Shown: positions 1 to 9,186 of the stretch, in pieces
Layout: every line of letters begins with the position of its first letter
How positions within the stretch are numbered: position 1 is the stretch's first letter
Source: a bacterium
GTDB taxonomy: Bacteria > Desulfobacterota > DSWW01
Length of the DNA: 35,409 nt
Direction of reading: 5' to 3'
NCBI GenBank assembly: GCA_040756235.1
Contig: JBFLZG010000149.1
Location: forward strand, 1 to 35,409
Notes under the pieces: model-generated
Database searches by the model: none
The model's input: only the letters and a program-made list of their open reading frames with translations
What the model was told of the DNA's origin: nothing
Position numbers and translations under genes: made by a program

Positions 1-166
1 GTCCCGGGCCGGGTGTTCTCGGGACGCACGCGCCTGACGGATTTGGTATTCGAGAAACAGCGCTGCGTTCCACCGGCCTGTCGGGACTCGGGACGGCCTC
101 CGCGATTCGCCCTCGCCTCCTCGTGCGGACACCCACCGCACTTCGCTCAGCGCCGGAGCAGTCAGG

Positions 167-715
167 TCACGCGACTTCGTACCCGTTGGCGGCCATCTTC
201 GCCAGAAGGGCCTCATGGCGGCTGCGATTTTCCGTGAACGCCGGGCATGCCGAGAGCGGCGCCTCGCGGCGAAAGACCTTGGCCGCGAATGCGGTGCAGG
301 TGGCCTCCTCGCAGGAGCCGCAGTTGGTCTTCGGCAGGGCGCGCAGGATGTCCATGAGGGTGAGCCCCGGCCTGCGCTCGCGCACCGGCGTGATCTCCTC
401 CTTGCGGTTCCTCACGTCCCGGATCTTCGTGAAGTACTCCCCGCACAGGCGCGCTCCCTCCTCAGGACCCGCGACGAGCGTGATCGTGATCTGACTCGCA
501 TAGATTCCGATGATGTGCCCGGCCGAGACGAGGTTGATGACCCCGGTGCCCGGGACAAAGCTGGACCCGGGCAGAGCCGCGGCCAGGTAAGGGAGGAGAT
601 CTTCGATGGGCTCTTCGAGGTCCATGACGACGTTGAAATCGGTGGAGGACCGGAGGCAGTCGATGTTGACCAGGTGAAAGGAATAGCCGGGTTCTTTCGA
701 CAGGTGCGAACCCAT
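167..715 (-). CDS. (Fe-S)-binding protein with C-terminal putative 4Fe-4S domain (COG4871-like)
   Basis: Start chosen at ATG 715 (MGSHLSKEPGY), preceded by purine-rich GAGGAGAGAGA. C-terminal LPKTNCGSCEEATCTAFA...C matches the FeS (PF04060-type) motif also found at the AcsC/RnfB N-terminus; N-terminal IEDLLPYLAA motif. Confidence 0.8.
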   Translation of the reverse strand: MGSHLSKEPGYSFHLVNIDCLRSSTDFNVVMDLEEPIEDLLPYLAAALPGSSFVPGTGVINLVSAGHIIGIYASQITITLVAGPEEGARLCGEYFTKIRDVRNRKEEITPVRERRPGLTLMDILRALPKTNCGSCEEATCTAFAAKVFRREAPLSACPAFTENRSRHEALLAKMAANGYEVA

Positions 716-771
716 TCTCTCTCCTCTCTCCTCGCGTGCGCCCTTCGGTCGGATCGTATCTCGCCCCCACC

Positions 772-801
772 GGAGAGGGTGTTCTTGACAACACCCCCTC
801 C
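772..801. terminator. Stem-loop downstream of the leftmost DUF1329 gene (possible terminator or processing site)
   Basis: GGAGAGGGTGTT-cttgac-AACACCCCCTCC: 12-bp stem with one mismatch and no clear U-tract. Confidence 0.4.
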
Positions 802-854
802 AGCGCCGGCGAGCGGGAAGTGTGCACAGAGCCAAATCGAGCGGCAGGCCGGAT

Positions 855-2165
855 CTACTTGCAGAGCTTCTGGAAGCCTGCGATCGAGTAGTCGTTCTTG
901 TCCTGGGCGTCCCAGTAGTCAGTCTGGTTGTTCGGGTGGACGAGGTCGATGAAACAGGCATGGTCGCTGCGATCATCCACGGCGATCATGCAGGCCAGCC
1001 CGATGAGCCGCACCTTCTTGTCGGCGCTCTCGAAGGCCACCTGGGGCTGCCACTCCACCTTCCAGTAGCTGCCCGACCGGTCGTGGATCACCTTCCAGGT
1101 CGGCTGGTAGAACTCGGCATCGACCCACAGGTACTGGGTCCCGTAGTTGTAGTAAGGGTCCTTGGCCTTGCATTCCAGGATGAAGGTCGGCCTGTTGACG
1201 AACACGGCGTTCGTGGGGAACCAGGGGGCGCCGGTGTACCCTTCTTTCTTCATCCCCAGGACGGGCTGGTACTGTTTGCCCGGGTTGAGGGTCCTCCAGG
1301 AGCCGTCCGCCTGCTTTTCGAGGGGGAGCGGATCCTTGGGGTAGAAGGGCACGATCTGGTCGACTTTCTTGAGGACCTTCCACTCGAAGGCGCTCACCTT
1401 GCCGGCATATCCCCAGGCGTCGTCCACGCAGAAATCGCTCCCGACGAAGGCATCCGAGCGGTTTGCGGGGCTCATGCGGCGCACCCTGCGAATCGAGGGC
1501 ACATAGGTCAGGCTGCTGTCCGACCGGTTGTCGCGGAAGCGCCAGAGCAGGACGTTGGTGCCGGCGATGTCGTAGGGCGCCAGGATGCGGATGATCGACT
1601 GCAGCTCGATGTTCTCCGAGTTCGACTCGTCTTTGTGAAGGGGATCGCCGTCCATGACGTAGACCAGGTATTGGCAGTCGATCTGGCGCTCTGCGCCGGT
1701 GCTGCGGCCGATCCAGGTGGTCTGGAAAGGCACGTCGAGGTTGCCGCAGGCGTAGGTGTAATAGTTCTTGTTGTACATGATCTTCTCGCCCGCCCTGGGA
1801 TCGGCCGGGTCGATCTGCGGGAAGGGGAGGCCGGTGATGAAGTCGGGCGCCTTCCCCGTGCTCTTCTCGATCACGACTCCTTCCTTGTCGATGTCGTATT
1901 TGCCGGCATTGGTCTGCAGGGACTCGAGGGCCACCGGAGGCAGAAACTCGCCCGGATTGTAGGAGAGCTGGCCGATCTCCAGCACGTCCCCCTTCTTGAT
2001 CCAGTTCAATACCGGCTCTGGGACGAGCCCTTCGACCTTCTGTACGTTGTCCTTGTTGATGACGTCTCCGGGAGCCACTTCCGCCGAGCCCGAGATTGGA
2101 GCTCCCAGGCAGACCAGCAACCAAAGGCCTGCCAGAAGCTTGAGAGGGGTCCTCTCCGCTTTCAT
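855..2165 (-). CDS. DUF1329 family periplasmic LolA-like protein, copy 1
   Basis: Signal peptide, then GDVINKDN, GLPFPQID, and the family hallmark YVPSIRRVRRMSPANRSDAFVGSDFCVDD; KDPYYNYG; RBS AAGGAGA. Confidence 0.9.
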   Translation of the reverse strand: MKAERTPLKLLAGLWLLVCLGAPISGSAEVAPGDVINKDNVQKVEGLVPEPVLNWIKKGDVLEIGQLSYNPGEFLPPVALESLQTNAGKYDIDKEGVVIEKSTGKAPDFITGLPFPQIDPADPRAGEKIMYNKNYYTYACGNLDVPFQTTWIGRSTGAERQIDCQYLVYVMDGDPLHKDESNSENIELQSIIRILAPYDIAGTNVLLWRFRDNRSDSSLTYVPSIRRVRRMSPANRSDAFVGSDFCVDDAWGYAGKVSAFEWKVLKKVDQIVPFYPKDPLPLEKQADGSWRTLNPGKQYQPVLGMKKEGYTGAPWFPTNAVFVNRPTFILECKAKDPYYNYGTQYLWVDAEFYQPTWKVIHDRSGSYWKVEWQPQVAFESADKKVRLIGLACMIAVDDRSDHACFIDLVHPNNQTDYWDAQDKNDYSIAGFQKLCK

Positions 2166-2345
2166 TCGTCTCTCCTTATTGCTGCGTTACATGGAAGATT
2201 GCGTGATTCCGGACCGGGCCTTGTTGCTCACCTGAGGTGCTCGACACCGTTCCTGTGCTGTGAAGGAGGCTCGTTTCTCCTCGAGCGCGGCGAACCGGCG
2301 GGCAAAACGGCGACAAAGGGGGTCCTTGGCCTGTGCATGCAGGAC

Positions 2346-2374
2346 AGCTTAGATGAGGCCGGGGCGGTTTGCAA
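2346..2374 (-). promoter_or_regulatory. Putative sigma70 promoter for DUF1329 copy 1
   Basis: Minus strand TTGCAA-N17-TAAGCT. Confidence 0.45.
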
Positions 2375-2428
2375 GACGGTCGAGCTGGGCGCCGAAAATC
2401 AAACGACGAAATACGGGAAGGTGCGTGC

Positions 2429-2461
2429 CCCGCCTCCCGGGAGAGAGTCCCGGGAGGCGGG
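2429..2461. terminator. GC-rich hairpin 3' of DUF1329 copy 2
   Basis: CCCGCCTCCCGGGA-gagag-TCCCGGGAGGCGGG, perfect 14-bp stem. Confidence 0.55.
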
Positions 2462-2526
2462 CGCTGCAGCAGGGTGTCAGGGGGACGGCTTCATCGCACG
2501 CAGCAGGCGTTTGGGACGGCCTCCAC

Positions 2527-3855
2527 CTACTTGCAGAGGCTCTGGAATCCGGCGAGCGAATAATTGTTGATGTCCTGGGCCTGCCAGTAGACCGTTGAGT
2601 TCCTAGGGTGTACGAGCCAGAGGACACAGGCGTGGTCCGTGCGGTCGTCGATGGCGATCATCGTTCCGAGCCCGAGCAGGCGCACCTGCTTGTCCGGGCT
2701 CTCGAACGCCGCCTGGCACTGCCATTCGACCTTCCAATAGGCTCCGGAGCGGTCGTGGATCACTTTGTAAGTGGGCTGGTAAAACTCGGCATCCACCCAC
2801 AGGTACTGGGTCCCGTAATTGTAATAGGGGTCCTTGGCCTTGCATTCCATCACGTAGGTCGGCCGCTTGATCCAGGTGAAGTTGGTCGGAAACCAGGGCG
2901 CGCCGGTGTACCCGGGCTTGTCCATGCCGATGATGGGCTGCCAGCTCCCTTTGTTGACCGTCTTCCACTCTCCCGGCTTATCGGTCTTCTCGAGAGGGAT
3001 GGGATCTTTTGGAAAGAAGGGCACGATCTGGTCTTCGTGTTTGACGATCTTCCATTCGAAGGCGTTCACCTTGCCCGCATACCCCCACGCGTCATCCACG
3101 CAGAAGTCGGTCCCGAGGAACGCGTCCGAGCGGTTCGCCGGGCTCATGCGCCGCACCCTGCGGATCGAAGGGACATAGGTGAAGCTGCTGTCCGGGCGGT
3201 TGTCCCGGTAGCGCCAGAGCAGCACGTTGGTGCCCTTCACGTCGAAGGGCGCCAGGATGCGGATGATGGAATGCAGCTCGATGTTTTCCGGATTGGGCAA
3301 GTCCTTTTGCGCAGGATCCCCATCCAGGACGTACGTCAGATACTGGCATTCGATGTCCCTTTCCTTCCCCGTGTTGCGGCCGATCCAGGTCACCTGGAAG
3401 GGTACATCGATGCAGCCGGCGGCGTAGGTGTAGTAATTCTTGTTGTGCATGATCTTGAAACCGGCACTCGCCTCGTTCGGGTCGATCTTGGGGAAGGGCA
3501 GGCCGGCGATGAAACCCGGGGTCTTCCCCGTCTTCACGTCGACGATGATGCCTTCTTCGTTGACTTCGTACTTCCCTTGATTGGATTCCAGGTAATCCCG
3601 GACGCCCGGGGGCATGTACTCGGCGGGATTGTACGGGACGGTGCCGATCTCCAGCACGTCGCCTTTCTTGATCCAGCTCAACACCGGTTCGGGGACGAGC
3701 CCCTCGAGCTTCTGCCAGTTGTCTTTGTTGATCACGTCTCCGGGGGCCACGTCCGCCGAGGCCGGGTTCGGGAGGCCCGTTGAAAGGAGCACCCACAAGC
3801 CGACCAGGAGCACTGCTACCGGCCCGACTTTCGCTGCCAGCTTTCCCGCTCTCAT
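2527..3855 (-). CDS. DUF1329 family periplasmic LolA-like protein, copy 2 (most divergent)
   Basis: Start ATG 3855 (MRAGKL) after GGAGGAGAGG; signal peptide; same motifs as copy 1 (YVPSIRRVRRMSPANRSDAFLGTDF). Confidence 0.9.
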   Translation of the reverse strand: MRAGKLAAKVGPVAVLLVGLWVLLSTGLPNPASADVAPGDVINKDNWQKLEGLVPEPVLSWIKKGDVLEIGTVPYNPAEYMPPGVRDYLESNQGKYEVNEEGIIVDVKTGKTPGFIAGLPFPKIDPNEASAGFKIMHNKNYYTYAAGCIDVPFQVTWIGRNTGKERDIECQYLTYVLDGDPAQKDLPNPENIELHSIIRILAPFDVKGTNVLLWRYRDNRPDSSFTYVPSIRRVRRMSPANRSDAFLGTDFCVDDAWGYAGKVNAFEWKIVKHEDQIVPFFPKDPIPLEKTDKPGEWKTVNKGSWQPIIGMDKPGYTGAPWFPTNFTWIKRPTYVMECKAKDPYYNYGTQYLWVDAEFYQPTYKVIHDRSGAYWKVEWQCQAAFESPDKQVRLLGLGTMIAIDDRTDHACVLWLVHPRNSTVYWQAQDINNYSLAGFQSLCK

Positions 3856-3989
3856 CCTCTCCTCCTTCCTGTGCGCGTTCTGTTCCACACTGCTTGCTCT
3901 GGGCTTCACAGAGCTATCCCGCTTCGCCTGTACCTCGAGCTCTGCCGGACGACCGCCGGCAGCATCTCATGCAATACTGGAACATTAGA

Positions 3990-4002
3990 TCAAACGATTT
4001 GA
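3990..4002. promoter_or_regulatory. Palindromic operator-like site in the AT-rich promoter region of DUF1329 copy 2
   Basis: TCAAA-cga-TTTGA lies inside a minus-strand TTGAAA-N18-TAATGT promoter-like element. Confidence 0.35.
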
Positions 4003-4053
4003 CATTTTCAAGAACAATCGACGAATCGGTGGGGTGCTGGCCGGAGGAAGCGA

Positions 4054-4084
4054 CCGCTTCCCGGGCTCTCCACCCGGGAAGCGG
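4054..4084. terminator. GC-rich hairpin 3' of DUF1329 copy 3
   Basis: CCGCTTCCCGGG-ctctcca-CCCGGGAAGCGG, perfect 12-bp stem; sequence related to the hairpin at 2429. Confidence 0.55.
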
Positions 4085-4121
4085 CCGGCGGTCAGTCGAG
4101 GCGGTCGGAATCCGCGGTGCC

Positions 4122-5426
4122 TTACTTGCAGAGCTTCTGGAACCCGGCGATGGAGTAGTCGTTCTTGTCCTGGGCGTCCCAGTAGTCGGTCTGGTTGTTC
4201 GGATGGACGAGGTCGATGAAGCAGGCGTGGTCGCTGCGGTCGTCCACGGCCAGCATGCAGGCGAGCCCGATGAGACGCACCTTCTTGTCCGCGCTCTCGA
4301 AGGCCACCTGGGGCTGCCACTCCACCTTCCAGTACGTGCCGGAACGGTCGTGGATCACCTTCCAGGAAGGCTGGTAGAACTCCGCATCGACCCAGAGATA
4401 CTGGACTCCGTAGTTGTAGTAAGGATCCTTGGCCTTGCACTCGATAACGTAGGTCGGACGTTTGACCACGACGATGTTCGTGGGGAACCACGGAGCGCCC
4501 GTATAGCCTTCCTTCTTCATCCCCAGCAAGGGCTGGTATTGTTTGCCCGGGTTGATGGTTCTGAAGGAGCCGTCCGCCTGCTTTTCGAGCGGGAGCGGAT
4601 CCTTGGGGTAGAAGGGGACGAGCTGGTCTTCTTTCCTGAGGATCTTCCAGTCGAAGGCGCCCACTTTGCCCGCATAGCCCCAGGCGTCGTCCACGCAGAA
4701 GTCGCTCCCGACGAAAGCGTCCGAGCGGTTCGCGGGGCTCATGCGGCGCACCCTGCGGATCGAAGGAACATAGGTCAAGCTGCTGTCCGAGCGATCGTCC
4801 CGGTAGCGCCACAGCAGAACGTTGGTGCCCGCGATGTCGAAGGGCGCCAGAATGCGAATGATGGAATGGACCTCGATGTTTTCCGTGTTCGACTCGTCCT
4901 TGTGGATGGGGTCGCCGTCCATGACGTAGACCAGGTACTGGCAGTCGAGCTTGCGCTCCGCCCCGGTGCTGCGGCCGATCCAGGTCGTCTGGAAGGGCAC
5001 GTCCAGGTTGCCGCAGGCGTAGGTGTAGTAGTTCTTGTTGTGCATGATCTTGGGGGCTGCTTGGGGATCGTTCGGGTCGATCTGCGGGAAAGGGAGTCCG
5101 GATATGAAGTCCGGCAACTTCCTGGAGCTCTTGTCGATGATGGTCCCGTTCTCATCGATGTCATACCTGCCGATATTGGTCTGCAGGGACTCGAGCGCGG
5201 CCGGAGGCAGGAACTCGCCCGGATCGTAGGAGAGCTGGCCGACCTCCAGCACGTCCCCCTTCTTGATCCAGTTCAGGACCGGCTCCGGGAGAAGCCCTTC
5301 GGCTTTCTGCCAGCTGTCCTTGTTGATCACGTCTCCCGCGGTCACGTCGGCCGAGGCCGATGCTCCCGGAGACGCAAGGAGCCCGAGACCCAGCAGAGCT
5401 GCAGTTAGGCACTTGGCTGCTCTCAT
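4122..5426 (-). CDS. DUF1329 family periplasmic LolA-like protein, copy 3
   Basis: Signal peptide ending ASASA-D; same motifs; RBS AAGGAGA; C-terminal ~70 aa almost identical to copy 1. Confidence 0.9.
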   Translation of the reverse strand: MRAAKCLTAALLGLGLLASPGASASADVTAGDVINKDSWQKAEGLLPEPVLNWIKKGDVLEVGQLSYDPGEFLPPAALESLQTNIGRYDIDENGTIIDKSSRKLPDFISGLPFPQIDPNDPQAAPKIMHNKNYYTYACGNLDVPFQTTWIGRSTGAERKLDCQYLVYVMDGDPIHKDESNTENIEVHSIIRILAPFDIAGTNVLLWRYRDDRSDSSLTYVPSIRRVRRMSPANRSDAFVGSDFCVDDAWGYAGKVGAFDWKILRKEDQLVPFYPKDPLPLEKQADGSFRTINPGKQYQPLLGMKKEGYTGAPWFPTNIVVVKRPTYVIECKAKDPYYNYGVQYLWVDAEFYQPSWKVIHDRSGTYWKVEWQPQVAFESADKKVRLIGLACMLAVDDRSDHACFIDLVHPNNQTDYWDAQDKNDYSIAGFQKLCK

Positions 5427-5549
5427 CCTGTTCTCCTTCTTCCGACGTTGGTGTTGGCCTTACCTATCCCGAAAACCCCTCGTCTTTCCTCTTCGCAGGG
5501 CGAGTACGATGTGAGCCTGGGATTGGAGAGGTCCCGAAAGACACCTCTG

Positions 5550-5714
5550 GAGAGGCTGGTGAGGAATGGGTCGATGCAAGGCGGGCGAATTCCCGAGGAA
5601 AGAGGGGTAGATGGCAGTACGCCGCAGTGACCGCGGCCTTGGCCGGGGCAGTCTCTCCGCGTCAGCGTCTCCGTGAGCGCAAGGCCCCAGATGGCCGTCT
5701 ATCGACAGCCTCTC
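5550..5714. mobile_element. Degenerate copy of a MITE-like repeat
   Basis: Ends GAGAGGCTG...CAGCCTCTC. Internal blocks GATGCAAGGC, GAGGAA, AGTACGCCGCA, TGAGCGCAA and CAGATGG are colinear with the copy at 34692-34861. Confidence 0.7.
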
Positions 5715-5879
5715 GGACAGGGGGCAACGGCCGAGGGCTGAGACGCTTGAGGCAACCCGGGCTGCCTGGCCTTCCAGAAGGATGTCCGGACCTCGTGCCA
5801 CGCCCATGGACCCGTTGCCGTGACAGTGTGACGGCGAACCTGCCTGCAGGGATTCAGAGGCTGACAGAAGACCTGCAAG

Positions 5880-6227
5880 TCAGGAGTGGCTGACCCTAGC
5901 GTTGGATCTTCTGCGCTTTTCGGCGACTTCCTTGTAAGTGTCGGAGCGATAGTACTTCTTGAAAATCTCGAGGATGTTCCCGATGGGGGCCTTGTGCTCC
6001 TCCGAAAGATTGAAGCCTTTGGCGTGCAGCTCCTGCAAGAAAGCCTCCCAATCGGCGTGCTCCCACCAACCCCGTCGAACTTCGACGAACTCCGCAGCGG
6101 TCTCCAGCAGCTTCCGGTTGACCGGGATACTGTTGCAGACGGTCTCCGGCATCGTTGCGAGCTGATCGCGCAACTCGTCGATCGCAAGCCATTTTCCCAG
6201 CTTGGGTTTGAGATGCTTCAGGTCCAT
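5880..6227 (-). CDS. Hypothetical helical protein (115 aa)
   Basis: Strong RBS AGGAGG, protein-like composition (AAEFVEVRRGWWEHADWEAFLQEL), and an upstream promoter-like element. Confidence 0.75.
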   Translation of the reverse strand: MDLKHLKPKLGKWLAIDELRDQLATMPETVCNSIPVNRKLLETAAEFVEVRRGWWEHADWEAFLQELHAKGFNLSEEHKAPIGNILEIFKKYYRSDTYKEVAEKRRRSNARVSHS

Positions 6228-6429
6228 TTTGATAAGGCCCTCCTAAAAAAAGAAAAACACGAGGCTCTTGAAGAACTGGATGCAGGCCCAGGAGAGATTG
6301 GTTCCGGACCCCGGGACCCGAGAGCACCGGTGGAGAAGACTTCGAGACGACTGGACAAGGAGCTTGAGCAGCGGGAGCGGAAGCAACTTCAGCAAAGCAG
6401 CGGGACGAGGCCCTCTCAGGCTGCCACAG

Positions 6430-6459
6430 AGGTTAGCAGATTGGTTTTTATTGCGTCAA
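6430..6459 (-). promoter_or_regulatory. Putative sigma70 promoter with extended -10
   Basis: Minus strand TTGACG-N18-TAACCT with TG immediately upstream of the -10 (TGcTAACCT) and a T-rich UP-like tract. Confidence 0.5.
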
Positions 6460-6486
6460 CGAGAAAAAACAGGTGAAGCCGGCCGG

Positions 6487-9162
6487 CTACCGCAGCAAAG
6501 CCCTCAGGACGACCTGCAGGATTCCTCCATTGCGGTAGTATTCCACCTCTACGGGGGTGTCCAGCCGGGCAAGAGCACGAAAAGACCTGGGTGGCCCGTG
6601 CTGCGGCTGCGCCGTGACCTCGAGCGCCTTCGCCGGAGCGAGACCTTGTGCAAGGCCCCGGACCCGAAAGACCTCCGCTCCGGTGAGCCCGAGGCTCGTT
6701 GCGGTCTGACCGGCGGGCAGCTGCAGGGGCAGGACACCCATGCCTACGAGATTGCTCCTGTGGATGCGCTCGAAGCTCTCCGCCAGCACGGCCCGGACGC
6801 CCAGGAGCCGGGTGCCTTTGGCCGCCCAGTCCCGGGAGCTGCCCGTGCCGTATTCCCGGCCGGCCAGAACGATCAGCGGGACTAGGTCTCTCCGGTATTT
6901 CATGGCCGCCTCATAGATCGGAAGGACCTCTTGGGAGGGGAAATGGCGGGTCCATCCGCCCTCTTGACCGGGCACGAGGAGGTTCCGGATGCGGATGTTG
7001 GCGAACGTTCCCCGCACCATGACCTCATGGTTGCCGCGCCGGCTGCCGTAAGAGTTGAAGTCCTCGGGGCGAATGCCTCGAGCGATCAGGTAGCGCCCCG
7101 CCGGGGTCGAAGCGGGGATGGACCCGGCCGGCGAAATGTGGTCCGTGGTGACGGAATCGCCCATGAAAGCAAGGACCCGTGCTCCGTCGATGTCTTCGAG
7201 AGGCGCCGGGTGCCGGGGCATGTCCAGGAAGAAGGACGGTTCCAGGATGTAGGTGGAATCCGGGTCCCACTCGTAGATCTCACCCTGCGGCGCGGCCAGC
7301 TCCTGCCACCGTGCATCTCCCAGCCAGATGTCCCCGTAGCGCTTGAGGAACATGTCCTTGCGGATCGATCCGTGGACGGCGTTGCCGATGGCGCGGGGGT
7401 CAGGCCAGATTTCCCTCAAGTAGACCGGCCTGCCCTGCCCGTCCGCGCCGAGCGGCTCCCGGCGCAGATCGATGTCGATCCGGCCTGCCAGGGCGTAAGC
7501 AACCACGAGCATGGGGCTGGCCAGGTAGTTGGCCCGGACCTGCGGGTGGATCCGCGCCTCGAAGTTGCGATTGCCGCTGAGCACCGCCGCCACGACGAGG
7601 TCCTCGTCGCGCACCGCCCGGCCGACTTCCTCGGCAAGAGGGCCGCTGTTGCCGATGCAGGTCGTGCAGCCGTAGCCGGCCACGTGAAAGCCGAGCGCTT
7701 CCAGGGAGCCCAGCAGCCCGGACGCCCTCAAGTAGTCCGCAACGACCCGGGAGCCCGGCGCCAGGCTCGTCTTGACGTGAGGGGGGACCCGCAGGCCGCG
7801 CCTGGCCGCCTTTTCGGCCAGCAGGCCGGCTCCGATCATCACCGACGGATTGGAGGTGTTGGTGCAGCTCGTGATGGCCGCAATCACCACGGAGCCGTGC
7901 CGCAGGCCGGCGGCCGGGGCTGCGTCCTGCGTGGCCGGCGCCGAGGGCGGCTCGGCCGCGAGGCTCCTCCCGTAAACCTCTTGCAGGTCTGCCCGGAACC
8001 GGTCCTTCATGCGATCGACGGGTATGCGGTCCTGCGGCCTGCGCGGGCCGGCCAGGCACGGCTCGATCCGTGCCATGTCCAGCTCCAACAGATCGCTATA
8101 GACCGGCTCGGGCGTATCCGGACGGTAACAGAGGAGCTGAGCGCGGGCGTAGCTCTCGACCAGACGGATCCGCTCCTCGTCGCGGCCGGTCAGGCGCAGG
8201 TACTCGATGGTTTCGCCGTCCACGGGAAAGAAGGCGGCCGTGGCGCCGAACTCCGGTGACATGTTGGCGACCGTGGCCCGGTCCGGCAGAGACAATGCGG
8301 TTAGCCCGGGTCCGAAAAACTCGACCAGCCTCCCTACGACCCCCTGCCTGCGCAGCGTCTCGGTCACGGTGAGGACCAGGTCCGTGGCCGTGGCCCCGTC
8401 CGGCAGCTTCCCGCGGAGGCGCACTCCGAGCACTTCGGGGACGAGCATGTAGTAGGGCTGCCCCAGGAGGACCGCCTCGGCTTCGATTCCGCCGACCCCC
8501 CAGCCCAGAACGCCCAGACCGTTGATCATCGTGGTGTGGGAGTCCGTGCCGACCAGGGTGTCCGGGAACGCCAAGGTCTCTGCCTCACGGGTGTCCAGCC
8601 GAACCACGGTCGCCAGGGACTCGAGGTTGACCTGATGGCAGATCCCCTGTGCCGGGGGCACGACGCGGAAGTTGGAGAAGGCCTTCTGCGCCCACTTGAG
8701 CAAGCCGTAGCGCTCCCGGTTGCGCTGGTATTCGAGCGCGACGTTCTCCTCCAGGGCTTTCTGGTCTCCGTAGAAATCCACCTGAACGGAGTGGTCGATG
8801 ACGAGGTCGGCCGGAACCAGCGGGTTGACCCGGGAGGGATCGCCGCCGAGCCGCCGCAGCGCGGACCGCATGGCGGCCAGGTCCACGACCGCCGGGACCC
8901 CGGTGAAATCCTGGAGCAGGACCCGGGCCGGCATGAAGGGGATCTCCTGGGGGTCGGCCGCAGGCTTCCAGCGCGCGAGCCGCACCACCTCGTCCCACGC
9001 GACCCGGCCGGCCGCATGGCTGCGCAGCAGGTTCTCCAGAAGGATGCGGATCGTGAAGGGCAGGCGATCGATCTGCGCGATCCCCTGCTCTTCCAGATTC
9101 CGGAGCCGGTAATAGGTCGCCTGCCGGCCGGAGCGCAAGGTCATCAGGCCGCTCGTTTTCAT
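6487..9162 (-). CDS. acnA: Aconitate hydratase AcnA
   Basis: RVLLQDFTGVP, DLVIDHSVQVD, VGTDSHTTM, cluster ligands AAITSCTNTSNP and GYGCTTCIGNSG, TTDHISPAG, YGTGSSRDWAAKG. Start at ATG 9162 (MKTSGL) chosen over upstream 9234. Confidence 0.96.
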   Translation of the reverse strand: MKTSGLMTLRSGRQATYYRLRNLEEQGIAQIDRLPFTIRILLENLLRSHAAGRVAWDEVVRLARWKPAADPQEIPFMPARVLLQDFTGVPAVVDLAAMRSALRRLGGDPSRVNPLVPADLVIDHSVQVDFYGDQKALEENVALEYQRNRERYGLLKWAQKAFSNFRVVPPAQGICHQVNLESLATVVRLDTREAETLAFPDTLVGTDSHTTMINGLGVLGWGVGGIEAEAVLLGQPYYMLVPEVLGVRLRGKLPDGATATDLVLTVTETLRRQGVVGRLVEFFGPGLTALSLPDRATVANMSPEFGATAAFFPVDGETIEYLRLTGRDEERIRLVESYARAQLLCYRPDTPEPVYSDLLELDMARIEPCLAGPRRPQDRIPVDRMKDRFRADLQEVYGRSLAAEPPSAPATQDAAPAAGLRHGSVVIAAITSCTNTSNPSVMIGAGLLAEKAARRGLRVPPHVKTSLAPGSRVVADYLRASGLLGSLEALGFHVAGYGCTTCIGNSGPLAEEVGRAVRDEDLVVAAVLSGNRNFEARIHPQVRANYLASPMLVVAYALAGRIDIDLRREPLGADGQGRPVYLREIWPDPRAIGNAVHGSIRKDMFLKRYGDIWLGDARWQELAAPQGEIYEWDPDSTYILEPSFFLDMPRHPAPLEDIDGARVLAFMGDSVTTDHISPAGSIPASTPAGRYLIARGIRPEDFNSYGSRRGNHEVMVRGTFANIRIRNLLVPGQEGGWTRHFPSQEVLPIYEAAMKYRRDLVPLIVLAGREYGTGSSRDWAAKGTRLLGVRAVLAESFERIHRSNLVGMGVLPLQLPAGQTATSLGLTGAEVFRVRGLAQGLAPAKALEVTAQPQHGPPRSFRALARLDTPVEVEYYRNGGILQVVLRALLR

Positions 9163-9186
9163 CCCTCGATTCTCCTCTCGCCCCGG

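Noticed and set aside
855..5426. Diversity-generating retroelement or recent gene conversion between the near-identical 3' ends of DUF1329 copies 1 and 3
   Set aside because: Differences are mainly synonymous third-position changes, not adenine-specific; no reverse transcriptase or non-coding template repeat is present.
5790..5880. Cobalamin riboswitch-like words (GACCCGTTGCCGTGA, CAGAAGACCTGC)
   Set aside because: The AGGGAA and GGTGnAAnTCC core elements are missing, and the orientation points into the 3' end of an opposite-strand gene.
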